Assembly (NCBI GenBank): GCA_038142325.1
Contig: JAYQJW010000002.1
Coordinates: 352,001-416,000 of the forward strand
Direction of reading: 5' to 3'
Length of the DNA: 64,000 bases
From: Gammaproteobacteria bacterium
Lineage (GTDB): Bacteria > Pseudomonadota > Gammaproteobacteria > GCA-002705445 > GCA-002716945
Part shown: piece after piece, positions 62,680-64,000 of the stretch
How the letters are laid out: each line of letters starts with the position of its first letter
Numbering within the stretch: position 1 is the stretch's first letter
The notes under the pieces: generated by a model
The model's input: the letters and a program-made list of their open reading frames with translations, nothing else
Told to the model about the DNA's origin: nothing
Databases searched by the model: none
Translations under genes and position numbers: made by a program

Positions 62680-63244
62680 TATTAAAATATTTCATAATTT
62701 TTTTTTCTATCCATTTCCATGCTGCTCTTTCGTCTTCACCTGCAGTCTTATCTATGCCTATTTTTAGATACTCATACTCTCTTTTTACTTTATCATCCTC
62801 TATTCTTCCTAATCGTGTAGAAAGCACTGCTAGTTCAATCACAGAAAACTGAGCTCTATTAAAGCCCATAAAAGGCCTTAGTATTTTAGTATTTTCTATA
62901 TTACATATAATATTTGGCCTTACAGCATCATCATTTTCCTGACAAAAGCTAACATTCATATATGTATTTGTAATATCCAAATGCGGTACACAATTATCTG
63001 AAACCTGATTTAAATCCCATGACTTTTTTTCCTCTGTAACAATGCCAGCAAACACTTTTACGTTATCAACATAATTAATTGTAGCCACTTTTGTATCAAT
63101 AAGATTATTTAATGTTTGAGACGGTTTGAATGGAGAAATTTGAACACATTGCTTGTTATCAAAATCAATAAACTTTACACCCATTGGCGCTATGTGTACT
63201 TCTTTCTTTTTATTAAAGGTAGTTACTATTACTTCATGAATCAT
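62672..63244 (-). CDS. DUF447 protein (orf19, methanopterin biosynthesis-associated)
   Basis: MIHEVIVTT, HIAPMG, PFKPSQTL.NL, GFNRAQ..VIE.AVL.TRL and IDKTAG..E..AW motifs. Confidence 0.88.
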   Translation of the reverse strand: MIHEVIVTTFNKKKEVHIAPMGVKFIDFDNKQCVQISPFKPSQTLNNLIDTKVATINYVDNVKVFAGIVTEEKKSWDLNQVSDNCVPHLDITNTYMNVSFCQENDDAVRPNIICNIENTKILRPFMGFNRAQFSVIELAVLSTRLGRIEDDKVKREYEYLKIGIDKTAGEDERAAWKWIEKKIMKYFNND

Positions 63245-64000
63245 TTTGTTCTTTTGAATGTTGGCCCTAATTTCTTTTCACTTATCATATCATCAATTTC
63301 TTTGTCAACTAAACATCCCCAAGTAAGTTCCTCATCTTGATGATAATTTTTCTTTAATTGAAATGCGATTTGTGCCCTTGCTAATTCAACACCAAGATAA
63401 AATGCATGCCCTGTATCATCACTCAAATCAAGATACTCATAAAACTTAAAAGGGTCACTAAAAACTTTGTAAATATTCTTATTAAATAAATGTATCCCAT
63501 CATCATTGACATAAATACGATAGTTCTTGTCTTTGATTTTTGTTTGCATTTCACTTAGTTCATCTGAGCATAAAGGATAATCTTTATGATCATGATTTGC
63601 CATTAACCCATCATTTATATGCTTTGGTGTAATATTATTTTCAGAAGCCGCATGAATTATTCTCCTTGCAAGGTCAGTTTCTCTTATGACTGTCGAACAA
63701 TGTCTACTGACCTGGGTTGTTAATATGTGGTTTAATTTGAGTTCTTCTACGATACCTAGCATTATCATATTTATTCCCGTAGTATCGGCATGAGTAAGTT
63801 CAGTGATATTTCCTATACCAATCATTATGTGAATGTCAGGATATTTTTCTCTCAAATTTACATACCTCATTAAACTTTTAGTAAACCCATATGAAACAGG
63901 GTCCAGAATAGGATCCGCTATGAAAGTTAAATTATCCTTTAAAGCTCTATCAATTAGGTTATAAAATTCAGGTAAATTATTATCTGATGGAATAAGAACA
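63241..64000 (-). CDS. Dihydropteroate synthase-like protein (orf20), 5'-truncated by the window edge
   Basis: Frame is open to the edge: VLIP...ADPILDP...; GIGNITELTHADT.G.N, LTTQVS and HAFYLGVELARAQIA...Y.QDE motifs. Confidence 0.88.
   Translation of the reverse strand, partial: VLIPSDNNLPEFYNLIDRALKDNLTFIADPILDPVSYGFTKSLMRYVNLREKYPDIHIMIGIGNITELTHADTTGINMIMLGIVEELKLNHILTTQVSRHCSTVIRETDLARRIIHAASENNITPKHINDGLMANHDHKDYPLCSDELSEMQTKIKDKNYRIYVNDDGIHLFNKNIYKVFSDPFKFYEYLDLSDDTGHAFYLGVELARAQIAFQLKKNYHQDEELTWGCLVDKEIDDMISEKKLGPTFKRTK

Noticed and set aside
47218-64000. Methanogenesis or archaeal origin of the fhc/mch/mfn-like genes
   Set aside because: Gene order and the presence of mtdB and fae match the proteobacterial formaldehyde-oxidation cluster; no mcr or mtr; flanking genes are bacterial (LPS, rimM, trmD)

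Overview
This is an AT-rich bacterial chromosomal segment. Gene content and order point to a streamlined, probably marine, gammaproteobacterium (inference). The left half is largely housekeeping and accessory: rpsP-rimM-trmD-rplS, folK/dNK/panBCD, purKE, LPS genes, an arsenosugar-type arsS plus two glycosyltransferases, tldD/tldE, gltX, a picocyanobacteria-like glucosylglycerate cluster, and tRNA-Glu with a probable island remnant. The right half (~26.7-64 kb) is one large C1/organosulfur region. It holds fdhD and a two-subunit NAD-linked formate dehydrogenase. Next comes a XylM/AlkB-family membrane di-iron monooxygenase with an atypical His box, followed by a small unannotated Fe-S ferredoxin, a GST, a XylA-type reductase and a FadL-type channel. 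Then come methanethiol oxidase (mtoX) with SCO-MauG and TlpA maturation genes, and an extensive tetrahydromethanopterin (H4MPT)/methanofuran formaldehyde-oxidation cluster (fhcBADC, mptG, mtdB, mch, fae, orf genes). The main hypothesis is a candidate undescribed route for dimethylsulfide (or a related methylated sulfur compound) oxidation, started by a membrane di-iron monooxygenase and running via methanethiol, formaldehyde and formate to CO2. Many genes carry 1-bp frameshifts, mostly at homopolymers, best explained as long-read or assembly errors. All family assignments come from motif recognition by eye; no database searches were run.
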